Below are positions 8,965-17,286 of a stretch of 64,000 bases of DNA, in pieces. Source of the stretch: an uncultured delta proteobacterium (GTDB lineage Bacteria > Desulfobacterota > Desulfomonilia > UBA1062); NCBI GenBank assembly GCA_963785235.1, contig CAWAUM010000001.1, forward strand, positions 128,001-192,000, in the 5' to 3' direction. Position 1 is the first letter of the stretch, and each line of letters opens with the position of its first letter. The translations under genes were made by a program, and so were the position numbers. Below the pieces are notes generated by a model that was not told the DNA's origin, searched no databases, and worked only from the letters and a program-made list of their open reading frames with translations.

Positions 8965-9669
8965 ATGAACAATTCCAGCCAGGTACCCATGATGAGTGCA
9001 ATGAACGGGAATGACACTGAAATTTTAAGCGCCATCAGCGGCCGCTTCAGGAGGCTCATCACAGGGCTTCTGAAGGGTAATATCAAACGGGCCCGGGCAC
9101 TTGCGGCACAGGTCCGCCGCGAAATACCTGCAGACGGCGAGCACGTCTCCTTTCAGAACCTCATTGAAGACCTGGCCCAGGGCCAGGCCGTGCGTAACGC
9201 GTTCATCAACCTCCCCTCTGCCTTTCCGGGTATCGGCACTATTATTTCATGGGCACTCATAAGCCTGGAGGATTTCTTTGTCCTGGACCAGAGCGTTACC
9301 CTTATTATGGCCCTTTACATACTTCATGGGCTGGATCCGGAAGATCATGAAGGCATGGAAGAATTTGCCATCAGCGTAATAGGCCGGGCATATGGGATTG
9401 AAACATCAGGCCCTGGGAATGACTCAAAGGCCTATGTTCAGAGATTCATTATAAAATTATTACCCGCACGATATGTAAACTTCGGGCTGGCAAGGTGGGT
9501 CAAGGTTTTCATGAAAAGGCTGCTTCCCTTCAGGAGAAAATCGCGGCTCATGCCCATCGGGTTTGGTATCGTAATGTCTGCATGGGACGCCTATGATACC
9601 ATTGTAAAGGTTGGCCGATTCACGTTGCGCGAACTCCCGGGCAAGAGGCATCAGGGGGAAGTTGGATAG
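8965..9669 (+). CDS. hypothetical protein, EcsC-like
   Basis: 234 aa ORF divergent from pgk; LPSAFPGIGT and C-terminal PIGFGIVMSA...DT segments resemble the EcsC family. Confidence 0.55.
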   Translation: MNNSSQVPMMSAMNGNDTEILSAISGRFRRLITGLLKGNIKRARALAAQVRREIPADGEHVSFQNLIEDLAQGQAVRNAFINLPSAFPGIGTIISWALISLEDFFVLDQSVTLIMALYILHGLDPEDHEGMEEFAISVIGRAYGIETSGPGNDSKAYVQRFIIKLLPARYVNFGLARWVKVFMKRLLPFRRKSRLMPIGFGIVMSAWDAYDTIVKVGRFTLRELPGKRHQGEVG

Positions 9670-9688
9670 CCTCCTTAAGGGGAAACGT

Positions 9689-10117
9689 TTACAGACGGTA
9701 AATATCCTTGTCCCAGAGCTTGACCCAGTTTCTCTTGAGCACCTCGGTGGCAACCTTGATGTTGTCAACCTCCATGATCATGATGGGGTTGCTTGCCCTG
9801 CCGATATAGGGGTACATGGCAATGGCATTTATCTTGGCATCGCGCAGCGGTTTGAGTACGGCGTTCATGCCGCCCGGATGATCCGGCATCTCCACAGCCA
9901 TTACATCTGACTCCTCGAATTCGACAGCCTCTGATAGGAAGGCGTTTTTTGCCTTTTTCGGGTCATCCACCACGATACAGATGGATGATACCTCTTTGGA
10001 TTCCAGTCCCACCGAGATGGCCCGGATATTCACGCCGTGTTTGGCCAGGACGTCAGAGAGGTATGAGAGCTTTCCGGATACGTTTGCAGACTGGAGCCGA
10101 AATTGTTTGACAGGCAT
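9689..10117 (-). CDS. tandem ACT-domain protein
   Basis: NVSGKL...GVNIRAI and VEMPDHPGGM..VL..L...INA patterns. Confidence 0.85.
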   Translation of the reverse strand: MPVKQFRLQSANVSGKLSYLSDVLAKHGVNIRAISVGLESKEVSSICIVVDDPKKAKNAFLSEAVEFEESDVMAVEMPDHPGGMNAVLKPLRDAKINAIAMYPYIGRASNPIMIMEVDNIKVATEVLKRNWVKLWDKDIYRL

Positions 10118-10120
10118 GAT

Positions 10121-10667
10121 CTACTTCTCCTTCAAAAAATATTCATACCCGACCTTCAGGGCCTCGATATTCTTGTCCTTGAACTTGATCTTCGATTTGC
10201 CAAGTATGATGTCCATTTTGTCTATCATGGTGGAGAACTTTACCTGGTGGGTCCTGTTCACAAAGGCGCCCAGCATGATCATATTGCCATACTGCTCACC
10301 CACGGTCGACCGTCGCAAGATCGTTGACCGGGATCTCTACAAGCTCGATATCTCCCCTGCCCGGCCTGTCTGTGACGATGCTGGAGTTGATAATGATTTC
10401 CCCGCCCGATGCGCACTGATTCTGGAGCCTGATCAGCGACTCGTTGTCCATAACGACCAGATAATCGGGAGATGACGCCACAGGCGACGCGATCTCTTCA
10501 TCCGAGATGGCAACGGTGCACGAGGCAATGCCGCCGCGCATCTCAGCGCCATAAGACGGGAGGTAGGTTACATGATGATCTTCAAGCATGGCCGTCCAGG
10601 CGAGGCACAGGCCGGAAAACAAGATTCCCTGTCCGCCTATGCCGCTCATGATGGTCTTCTTGAGCAT
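10121..10667 (-). CDS. 2-oxoacid:ferredoxin oxidoreductase gamma subunit (one frameshift near 10310)
   Basis: SGIGGQG and SYGAEMRGG in ORF 10296-10667; NMIMLGA and KNIEALKVG in ORF 10121-10318. Confidence 0.9.
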
Positions 10668-10668
10668 A

Positions 10669-11421
10669 TCAGCTATCCTTCTTCTTGGTAATGTCCTTGA
10701 AAACGCCCAGGGGGTATTGTTTTTCCATGATCTCTTCCAGATAGATGAAGGCTTCCTTGGGCGACACCTTCCAATTTGTCGGGCAGGGGGACAACACCTC
10801 TACCAGGGTATATCCCAAGCCCTCAATCTGTATCTCAAAGGCCCGTTTCAATGCCTTTTTCGTGGCCATGACCTTGGCCGGCGTGGCCACCGATGTCCGT
10901 ACCACATATGCAGCACCTTCAAGCTGTGCAATGAGGTCTGTAATCTTCAAGGGGTATCCCTCCACCTTTGACCGCCTGCCATAAGGTGATGTACTGGTCT
11001 TCTGGCCGATCATGGTGGTAGGGGCCATCTGGCCGCCGGTCATGCCGTAGACTGCGTTGTTCACGAATATGCTGGTGATCACCTCGCCCCGGTTGGCTGC
11101 ATGGATTGTCTCTGCAGTGCCGATGGCGGCCATGTCGCCGTCGCCCTGGTAGGTGAAGACGATACGGTCGGGCAGGGCCCTCTTGAACCCTGTTGCAATG
11201 GCGCAGCCCCTGCCGTGGGCCGACTCGCAGGTGTCGATGTCGAAATAGTTGTATGCCAGCACCGCGCATCCTGCGGGCGGGACGCATATGATCCTGCCGC
11301 TCATGTCCATCTCGTCGATGAGTTCCGCCACGAGCCTGTGGATTATGGAATGCCCACACCCCGGGCAGTAGTGGAAGGGGGTGGGTTTCAGGCATTTGGG
11401 TCTGGTGAAAACCTTTTTCAT
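10669..11421 (-). CDS. 2-oxoacid:ferredoxin oxidoreductase beta (TPP-binding) subunit
   Basis: YCPGCGH, QGDGD, NNAVYGMTGGQ, SPCPTNW. Confidence 0.93.
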   Translation of the reverse strand: MKKVFTRPKCLKPTPFHYCPGCGHSIIHRLVAELIDEMDMSGRIICVPPAGCAVLAYNYFDIDTCESAHGRGCAIATGFKRALPDRIVFTYQGDGDMAAIGTAETIHAANRGEVITSIFVNNAVYGMTGGQMAPTTMIGQKTSTSPYGRRSKVEGYPLKITDLIAQLEGAAYVVRTSVATPAKVMATKKALKRAFEIQIEGLGYTLVEVLSPCPTNWKVSPKEAFIYLEEIMEKQYPLGVFKDITKKKDS

Positions 11422-12491
11422 TACAGCTCCCTCTGCAGCCAGTGCCTCTCTATGATCCGGGAGATCTCCTGGGGTGCCGCTACGACGCCGCCGGGCCTGC
11501 CGTAAAATTCGCAGTCCACCTTGCCCTGGGTGGCAAGGCGCACATCGTCGATCATCTGGCCGGTGCTCATTTCAAAGACTAAGAAAAGCTTGGCCTGCTT
11601 GGCGAGGTTGGCAAGGGCCTCATCCGGGAAGGGCCACAGCGTGATGGGCCTGATGAGCCCTACCTTCAGACCATTGTCCCTGACGCGCTTTACAGCCCCC
11701 TTGGCGATCCTGGCAGCCGTGCCATAGGCAACGACGATGAGCTTGGCGTCTTCTGTCATGTACTCCTCGTGCAGGGGGAGGTCCTTTCTCATGAGGTCGT
11801 ACTTGCGCTTGAGCTTCCAGTTGTGCTCTTCCATGGCCCTTGGGTCCAGGATCAGTGATTTAACGATGCGTGAGGGTCTTCCAGAGGCGCCGTCAAGGAT
11901 GTAATCCTTGGGAGGAAGCTCTATTTCTTTCCTTTTGTGCATGACAATGGGCTCCATGATCTGGCCCATCATGCCGTCGCCTAGGATCATGACCGGGGAA
12001 CGGTACATGTCTGCGATGTCAAAGGACTTCATGGTGAGGTCATAGAGCTCCTGGACCGTTCCGGGTGCATAGACCGGCATGCGGTAGTCGCCGTGTCCGC
12101 CTCCCCGTGTGGCCTGGTAGTAGTCACCCTGGCTGGGGGCTATGTTGCCAAGACCCGGGCCGCCGCGGTTGATATTGACGATGACCGCAGGAAGTTCAAG
12201 GGCGGCAAGGAAGGAGAGCCCTTCCTGTTTGAGGCTGATGCCGGGCGATGACGAACTGGTCATTGCACGTGCTCCGCTTGCCGCTGCACCGAGCACCATG
12301 TTGATGGATGCGATCTCGCTTTCTCCCTGGAGAAATACACCGCCCACCTCTTCCATACGTCTGGACATATATTCGGGGATCTCGTTCTGCGGGGTTATGG
12401 GGTAGCCGAAGTAACACAAGCATCCTGCCTGGACAGCAGCCTCGGCAATGGCATCCGTGCCCTTCATCAGTACCTTTTCGGCGTTATCCAC
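11421..12491 (-). CDS. vorB: 2-oxoacid:ferredoxin oxidoreductase alpha subunit (2-oxoisovalerate/VorB type)
   Basis: FGYPITPQNE, TSSSSPGISLKQE, RGGPGLG, GGGHGDY. Confidence 0.9.
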   Translation of the reverse strand: MDNAEKVLMKGTDAIAEAAVQAGCLCYFGYPITPQNEIPEYMSRRMEEVGGVFLQGESEIASINMVLGAAASGARAMTSSSSPGISLKQEGLSFLAALELPAVIVNINRGGPGLGNIAPSQGDYYQATRGGGHGDYRMPVYAPGTVQELYDLTMKSFDIADMYRSPVMILGDGMMGQIMEPIVMHKRKEIELPPKDYILDGASGRPSRIVKSLILDPRAMEEHNWKLKRKYDLMRKDLPLHEEYMTEDAKLIVVAYGTAARIAKGAVKRVRDNGLKVGLIRPITLWPFPDEALANLAKQAKLFLVFEMSTGQMIDDVRLATQGKVDCEFYGRPGGVVAAPQEISRIIERHWLQREL

Positions 12492-12696
12492 GGTATACCT
12501 CGATAGCGACTTCCGGGCACATTACTGCGCACAGAGAACATCCCTTGCAGGTTTCAACGATGAACTCTGCAGGATGGTAGCCTCTGTGATTGAAGATTTC
12601 AGCTATGCGGATTGCCTTTTCAGGACATACGGTGATGCACAGCTCACAACTCTTACAGAGTCCCTGGTCGATGGTAATTTTTCCCTTTGCTGCCAT
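12484..12696 (-). CDS. 2x[4Fe-4S] ferredoxin, oxidoreductase delta subunit
   Basis: CKSCELCITVCP and CKGCSLCAVMCP. Confidence 0.93.
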   Translation of the reverse strand: MAAKGKITIDQGLCKSCELCITVCPEKAIRIAEIFNHRGYHPAEFIVETCKGCSLCAVMCPEVAIEVYRG

Positions 12697-12796
12697 AGCC
12701 TTTCAATTACTCTTCTTTTCGGGATTCGCGATTATTAGCATCAAAAAGCTGCGGTGTACAGTAAAGATTTTCTTGCCTTAGGCGCTCATGTTCTCC

Positions 12797-12826
12797 CCCT
12801 TGAAATTTTACAAAGTGACCCTATAA
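12797..12826 (+). promoter_or_regulatory. sigma32 (RpoH)-type heat-shock promoter
   Basis: CCCTTGAA-N14-CCCTATAA matches the CTTGAA...CCCCATNT consensus; directly upstream of three hsp20 genes. Confidence 0.7.
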
Positions 12827-12872
12827 ATAATTCTGAAAAATCATAACCTACTGATTTTGGGAGGTGAAAAAC

Positions 12873-13313
12873 ATGATAACCATAGCAAGACCAGATTGGA
12901 GATGGGACCCGTGGCGTGAAATTGATCGAGTGCAGCGGGATGCGAGCAGCATCTTTACCCTTCCGAGGCGCCGGCCTGAAGCCGCGTATCCGCCCATGAA
13001 CATTCATACGGGTGAAGAAGACGTCATCATCACTGCCGAGATCCCGGGAATCGATCCGGCCGACATCGATCTTACCGTAACCGGCGACACGCTTACCATC
13101 AGGGGGACAAGGAAGGCACAGGAATCAAAGCAGGGTGAAACCTGGCACCGCAGGGAGCGTGGAGCAGGGAACTTTTACCGGACCGTACAGCTTCCTTACA
13201 ATGTAGACGGCAATAAGGTCCAGGCTGACTATGTAAATGGCGTGCTCAAGATAGAGCTCCCCCGGGCTGAGGCTGATAAGCCCAGGAAGATCAGTGTAAC
13301 GACTGGAAAGTAA
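12873..13313 (+). CDS. Hsp20/alpha-crystallin small heat shock protein
   Basis: AEIPG, LTIRG, RRER..GNFYRTVQLP, NGVLKIELP; ATG at 12873 after GGAGGTGA. Confidence 0.93.
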   Translation: MITIARPDWRWDPWREIDRVQRDASSIFTLPRRRPEAAYPPMNIHTGEEDVIITAEIPGIDPADIDLTVTGDTLTIRGTRKAQESKQGETWHRRERGAGNFYRTVQLPYNVDGNKVQADYVNGVLKIELPRAEADKPRKISVTTGK

Positions 13314-13331
13314 ATAAGGAGGTGATCATTT

Positions 13332-13742
13332 ATGGCAGATACGAGTAAGGCGCTTAATCCCGAAAAGGCGCAGGTGCAAGAAACGCCTGTAGCCGAGAGG
13401 ACCAAGGACCGCAGCACATACATACCGGAGGTGGACATCCTTGAGGATGCCAATAACCTTTATATTTATGCAGACATGCCCGGTGCCGACGATAAGGGGG
13501 TGAATATCACCCTGGAGAACGACGTACTGACTATCGAAGCCCAGGTAGGCGATTTGAAGTTTGACAAACACAATGTCACCTACTCTGAATATGGTATCGG
13601 CGACTACTACAGGGCCTTCACCCTGAACGAGGCCTTTGAGAGGGACAAGATTGAGGCAAAGATGAAAAACGGTGTGCTCAGCATCGTGCTGCCCAAGGCA
13701 GAGGCGGTCAAGACCAGAAATATTCCTATCAAGGTAGGATAA
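13332..13742 (+). CDS. Hsp20/alpha-crystallin small heat shock protein
   Basis: PEVDI, ADMPG, YYRAFTL, NGVLSIVLPK. Confidence 0.93.
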   Translation: MADTSKALNPEKAQVQETPVAERTKDRSTYIPEVDILEDANNLYIYADMPGADDKGVNITLENDVLTIEAQVGDLKFDKHNVTYSEYGIGDYYRAFTLNEAFERDKIEAKMKNGVLSIVLPKAEAVKTRNIPIKVG

Positions 13743-13768
13743 AATTAAGGAGAAGGAGGTGAAAAACC

Positions 13769-14272
13769 ATGAGATATCTGACTCCGTTTCGGTGGGGACA
13801 AAAGGGTGTTCCTGTCAACAGGGAACCGGAAGGCAATCCGCTGAATGTTTTCCAGAGGGAGATGAACAGGCTTTTTGACGACTTTTTCAAGGGCACCGGC
13901 ATAAAGCCGTGGGCCAAGAGATGGAATCTCTGGGGGCCTTTACCCCGCAGGTGAACATGACCGAGGATGAGAAATCCATCCAGGTCAGTGCCGAACTGCC
14001 CGGGCTTGACGAGAAGGATCTTGAGATCAGCCTGAGCAAGGACTCCCTGACCATCAAAGGGGAGAAGAAGGAGGAGAACGAGCTCAAGGATAAAGAGTCG
14101 TACTATCTTGAGCGCTCCTTCGGGACCTTTACCAGGGTCTTGCCCATCCCCAAGGATGTGAATACGGAAAAGGCACGAGGCCTCTTTCAAGAAGGGTGTG
14201 CTCACCATAACCCTTCCCAAGCTCGAGAGGGAAAAGCAGGCTCAGAAGAAGATCAGGATCAAGGCCGACTGA
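13769..14272 (+). CDS. Hsp20 small heat shock protein (frameshifts near 13915 and 14178)
   Basis: FQREMNRLFDDFF, then AELPGL...ERSFGTFTRVLP, then SFKKGVLTITLPK...KKIRIKAD* across shifted frames. Confidence 0.85.
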
Positions 14273-14301
14273 AATAAAGCCTTATAGGACTTGCGGTGAT
14301 A

Positions 14302-14325
14302 GGGGAGGCCATGTACAGCCTCCCC
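14302..14325 (+). terminator. GC-rich hairpin after the hsp20 operon
   Basis: GGGGAGGC / GCCTCCCC stem; weak T-tract. Confidence 0.4.
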
Positions 14326-14359
14326 CACTCCTTTAGATTTTCATTTATCAGCTGATTCA

Positions 14360-14531
14360 GGCCGTTGCACAACCTAAAATATTTTTGAGATGCAAACCAA
14401 AAATTGGCCTGTTCAAAACACTCATCTCGGTGAAGCCGAGATGAGTGTTTTGAACAGGTAAGGTTTTTTCCTCACTCAACAAAATGTTTGGAGGGTTCAG
14501 CACAGGCTGATATTAAGTTTGTGCAAGGGTC
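14360..14531 (+). repeat. dispersed hairpin element, copy 2 (most complete, TIR-bounded)
   Basis: Perfect 23-bp stem 14408-14430/14436-14458 with loop TGAAG; ends GGCCGTTGCACAACCT (14360-14375) and AGTTTGTGCAAGGGTC (14516-14531) are 13/16 inverted repeats. Confidence 0.9.
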
Positions 14532-14534
14532 TTT

Positions 14535-16274
14535 TCAATTCTGTGCAACAGTAGGCACAAAGGTGCCCTGCGGGATCCTGTCCGGCTTGCTCCTGGCCTT
14601 TGCCAGGGCTTCCAATTCCAGCGCCTTGGCATTCTTTTCATAAAATATACTCGGCTCATAGGTCCATCCGTCAGCAAGCCTCTGTTGCTCTCTCTTGATG
14701 CTGGCATGTACATATATCCCTAACAACGGGGCAATGATCCTGGTTTTCCATCCGAATTCTTTGTAGATATCACGCAATAGTGAACCCATCATGTCATGCA
14801 TCCGGTGATCATCCCTGTACCATCTCTTCATGGCCCATACTGCTGCGGCATAGGTGGTCTTCAGATACTTTATCTCCCATGCCATGCGCTTGCGTATGCA
14901 TGGGTCAGGATTGTTCTTATACCTTTTCCAGCCGCCCAGCATGGTGCGTATCATCCTGGCAAGGCTGGGGCCGTTCTTTTCGAAGTCACGCAGGAATGCA
15001 CTGCGCAGGTAGCCGGTTTCCCTGCCGTCCCTGATATGCTCATGGCGGTAATTAAAACGGTACTGCCCGTGATTGTCGGCAGCCGGACGCTCGTCCTCAT
15101 TTAAAATGGTTCCATCCTTTTTGTGCTGTTCGTATAAAGGCGTGCCGGGAACAGGGGTATAGAGCATGAACTGGTGGAAGACCGTGTCGTGGCTTATGGC
15201 ATAGTCTATGGCCTGCTCAATAGTATCAGGGGTATGATTCTCCAGGCCGATAATGGTTGATCCCAGCACGCGGATGCCATGGGACTGCAGCTCCTGCACG
15301 AGTTCTTTTGTTTCGACCCCGCTGAGTTTTGCATAAGTGCTCTCTTCGCCTTCCAGTCCCATCCAGGCCCACGATATGCCCAGGCGCATCAATTGCTCCA
15401 TGGTGTATGATTTGAGCACCCTGGCGGAGGAAAAAACGAACAAGGCCCATGATTTGTTGTTTTCCTTCATCAGTTCCAGGAGCCTAAGTGTCCTGTTCCG
15501 GTGAAGAAGGAAGTTCTCATCCATCACGAAAAAGGCGCTGATTTTAAGTTTTGCCTCGATGTCGCACATGACTCTGAAGAGCTCATCCCCAGTTTCATAG
15601 AAATTAATGGACTTGCCCTTGCCCCCAAAGAGGGCGGAGGTGGAGCAGAAATTACACCCTATGGGACACCCTACTGAAGGTATGAGCATTGCCGCGGTGT
15701 TTACCGGCTTGTCGGGAGTGCTGATTCCCAGGATGCGGGTGCCGTAGCCGGAATAGACGTAGGGGTGCTTTATGGGGGCATTTTCATCGACGCCCAGGAA
15801 TTTTCTGAACCAGCGAACCCCTTCACCCTTGCAGACATGGTCAACATCAATAGTATTCTTGAGATCCGGCAGGTTGGCAATATGTCCGCCCACGACAATG
15901 GTTGCCTTGGGCAGGTATGTACGGATCAGTTCGCACATCTTTTTCACCTTGCCCACATTGGGTATGATGGCGCTGATACCGACAATGTCATACGAATTAT
16001 CCTTTAGTTCGTCTGTAAAGCGCTCCAGGCTCGGAAAGTCCAGGAGCGTGCACGGTGCATCGATGTTTTCCTTCAGGAGCATCAAACCGAATGAACGGTG
16101 AAACATGCGCAGAGAAAAAGGCCCCTGCTCTCGCGTGACCTGGTTATGATAGAGCTCCATTGGGTTGATCTTCCTGCTTCCATATTCATCGTCTTGTGCA
16201 TAAGGTCCAAAAACGCTTGCTAATAATATGTTGGCTCGCGATCCGAGCGGATGTACCGGGCTTGTTGTTTCCAT
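14535..16274 (-). CDS. B12-binding domain radical SAM protein
   Basis: DIVGISA...VVGGH B12-binding region; CPIGCNFC; DENF; YTPVPGTPLY. Confidence 0.9.
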   Translation of the reverse strand: METTSPVHPLGSRANILLASVFGPYAQDDEYGSRKINPMELYHNQVTREQGPFSLRMFHRSFGLMLLKENIDAPCTLLDFPSLERFTDELKDNSYDIVGISAIIPNVGKVKKMCELIRTYLPKATIVVGGHIANLPDLKNTIDVDHVCKGEGVRWFRKFLGVDENAPIKHPYVYSGYGTRILGISTPDKPVNTAAMLIPSVGCPIGCNFCSTSALFGGKGKSINFYETGDELFRVMCDIEAKLKISAFFVMDENFLLHRNRTLRLLELMKENNKSWALFVFSSARVLKSYTMEQLMRLGISWAWMGLEGEESTYAKLSGVETKELVQELQSHGIRVLGSTIIGLENHTPDTIEQAIDYAISHDTVFHQFMLYTPVPGTPLYEQHKKDGTILNEDERPAADNHGQYRFNYRHEHIRDGRETGYLRSAFLRDFEKNGPSLARMIRTMLGGWKRYKNNPDPCIRKRMAWEIKYLKTTYAAAVWAMKRWYRDDHRMHDMMGSLLRDIYKEFGWKTRIIAPLLGIYVHASIKREQQRLADGWTYEPSIFYEKNAKALELEALAKARSKPDRIPQGTFVPTVAQN

Positions 16275-16475
16275 TTTTGTTCTCCCTTTGGGCTCAATGT
16301 TAAGGGGTATATCGACTAGATCAAGGACATTAACAATCTAATTATTTGAATTCACATTTGAATTACATTACCTTTGCAAATGATTTACAGAAGGCGTCAT
16401 GCATGAAAATTACAACGGAGTCAAATGGGGTTAATGCAAAGCAAATTACAAGTTGGATAGTATTGACAGGCCCCA

Positions 16476-16578
16476 TTGTTGAGAGAGGAAAAAACCTTTC
16501 CTGTTCAAATCATGCATCTCGGCTTCACTTCGAGATGCATGATTTGAACAGGCCAATTTTTGGTTTGTATCTCAGAAA
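16476..16578 (-). repeat. dispersed hairpin element, copy 3 (inverted orientation)
   Basis: Perfect 22-bp stem 16500-16521/16531-16552; flanks are reverse complements of those in copies 1, 2 and 4; abuts the radC stop codon. Confidence 0.9.
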
Positions 16579-17286
16579 CTAGGTGATATTGAGGCATGAT
16601 CCCATCTTGATACTGTAGGCCCCACCCCTGGTGACGATGAGGTGGTCGTGCAGGCTGATGCCAACCTGCGAACAGATGTCCGTGAGCGCTCGGGTAAGGA
16701 GCATGTCCTGCTCGGAAGCGTGAAGGGTCCCCGACGGGTGGTTATGCACCAGGATCAGGGCAGTGGCATTGTGAGAGATGGCCTCCTTGAGGACCTCTCT
16801 CGGGTAGACATGTGCCGCATCCACAGTGCCCTCTGCCATGACCTTCGAATGCACAAGCCTGCCTGCTGCATTCAGGCAAAGCACCATGAATTGCTCTTTC
16901 GTGCCGCCCCCGATCTCGGCCCTCACATATTCAGCCACATCCTCAGGTCCGGTGATAACAGGTGAATCATCTCTTGAGGGTTCCATATAGCGACTCATGC
17001 AGGCCCTGAAAAGCCCGAAGAGTGTTGATGCATGCTCACCTATGCCATCGATCTCTTCCAGACTTTCATAAGGGGCGTCGAGCACGGCCTGGAAGGTCCC
17101 GAACCTTATAAGGAGGAACTTGGCAAGCGGCTTGGTGTCTCTGCGTGGTATTGCATAGCCGAGCAGCAGTTCCAAAAGCTCATGATCTGAGAATGCCTTT
17201 CTTCCCGACTTTCTCAGGCGTCCTTTCAGCCGGAGCCTGTGGCCTGCATTAAGGTCCTTCTGGCCCCCCATTCCTTTAGCTCTCAT
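16579..17286 (-). CDS. radC: RadC/JAB-domain protein
   Basis: GHRLRL, ELLELLL, HhH DGIG, YPREV, HNHPSG, LHDH; start chosen after GGAGG. Confidence 0.93.
   Translation of the reverse strand: MRAKGMGGQKDLNAGHRLRLKGRLRKSGRKAFSDHELLELLLGYAIPRRDTKPLAKFLLIRFGTFQAVLDAPYESLEEIDGIGEHASTLFGLFRACMSRYMEPSRDDSPVITGPEDVAEYVRAEIGGGTKEQFMVLCLNAAGRLVHSKVMAEGTVDAAHVYPREVLKEAISHNATALILVHNHPSGTLHASEQDMLLTRALTDICSQVGISLHDHLIVTRGGAYSIKMGSCLNIT

Noticed and set aside
16346-16582. Short ORFs crossing the hairpin elements (16346-16582 +, 6021-6293 +)
   Set aside because: No RBS or protein motif, and the frame is not kept between copies.
16579-17286. radC as a marker of a mobile element
   Set aside because: It is the full-length HhH plus JAB chromosomal type inside a housekeeping operon, with no integrase or phage genes nearby.
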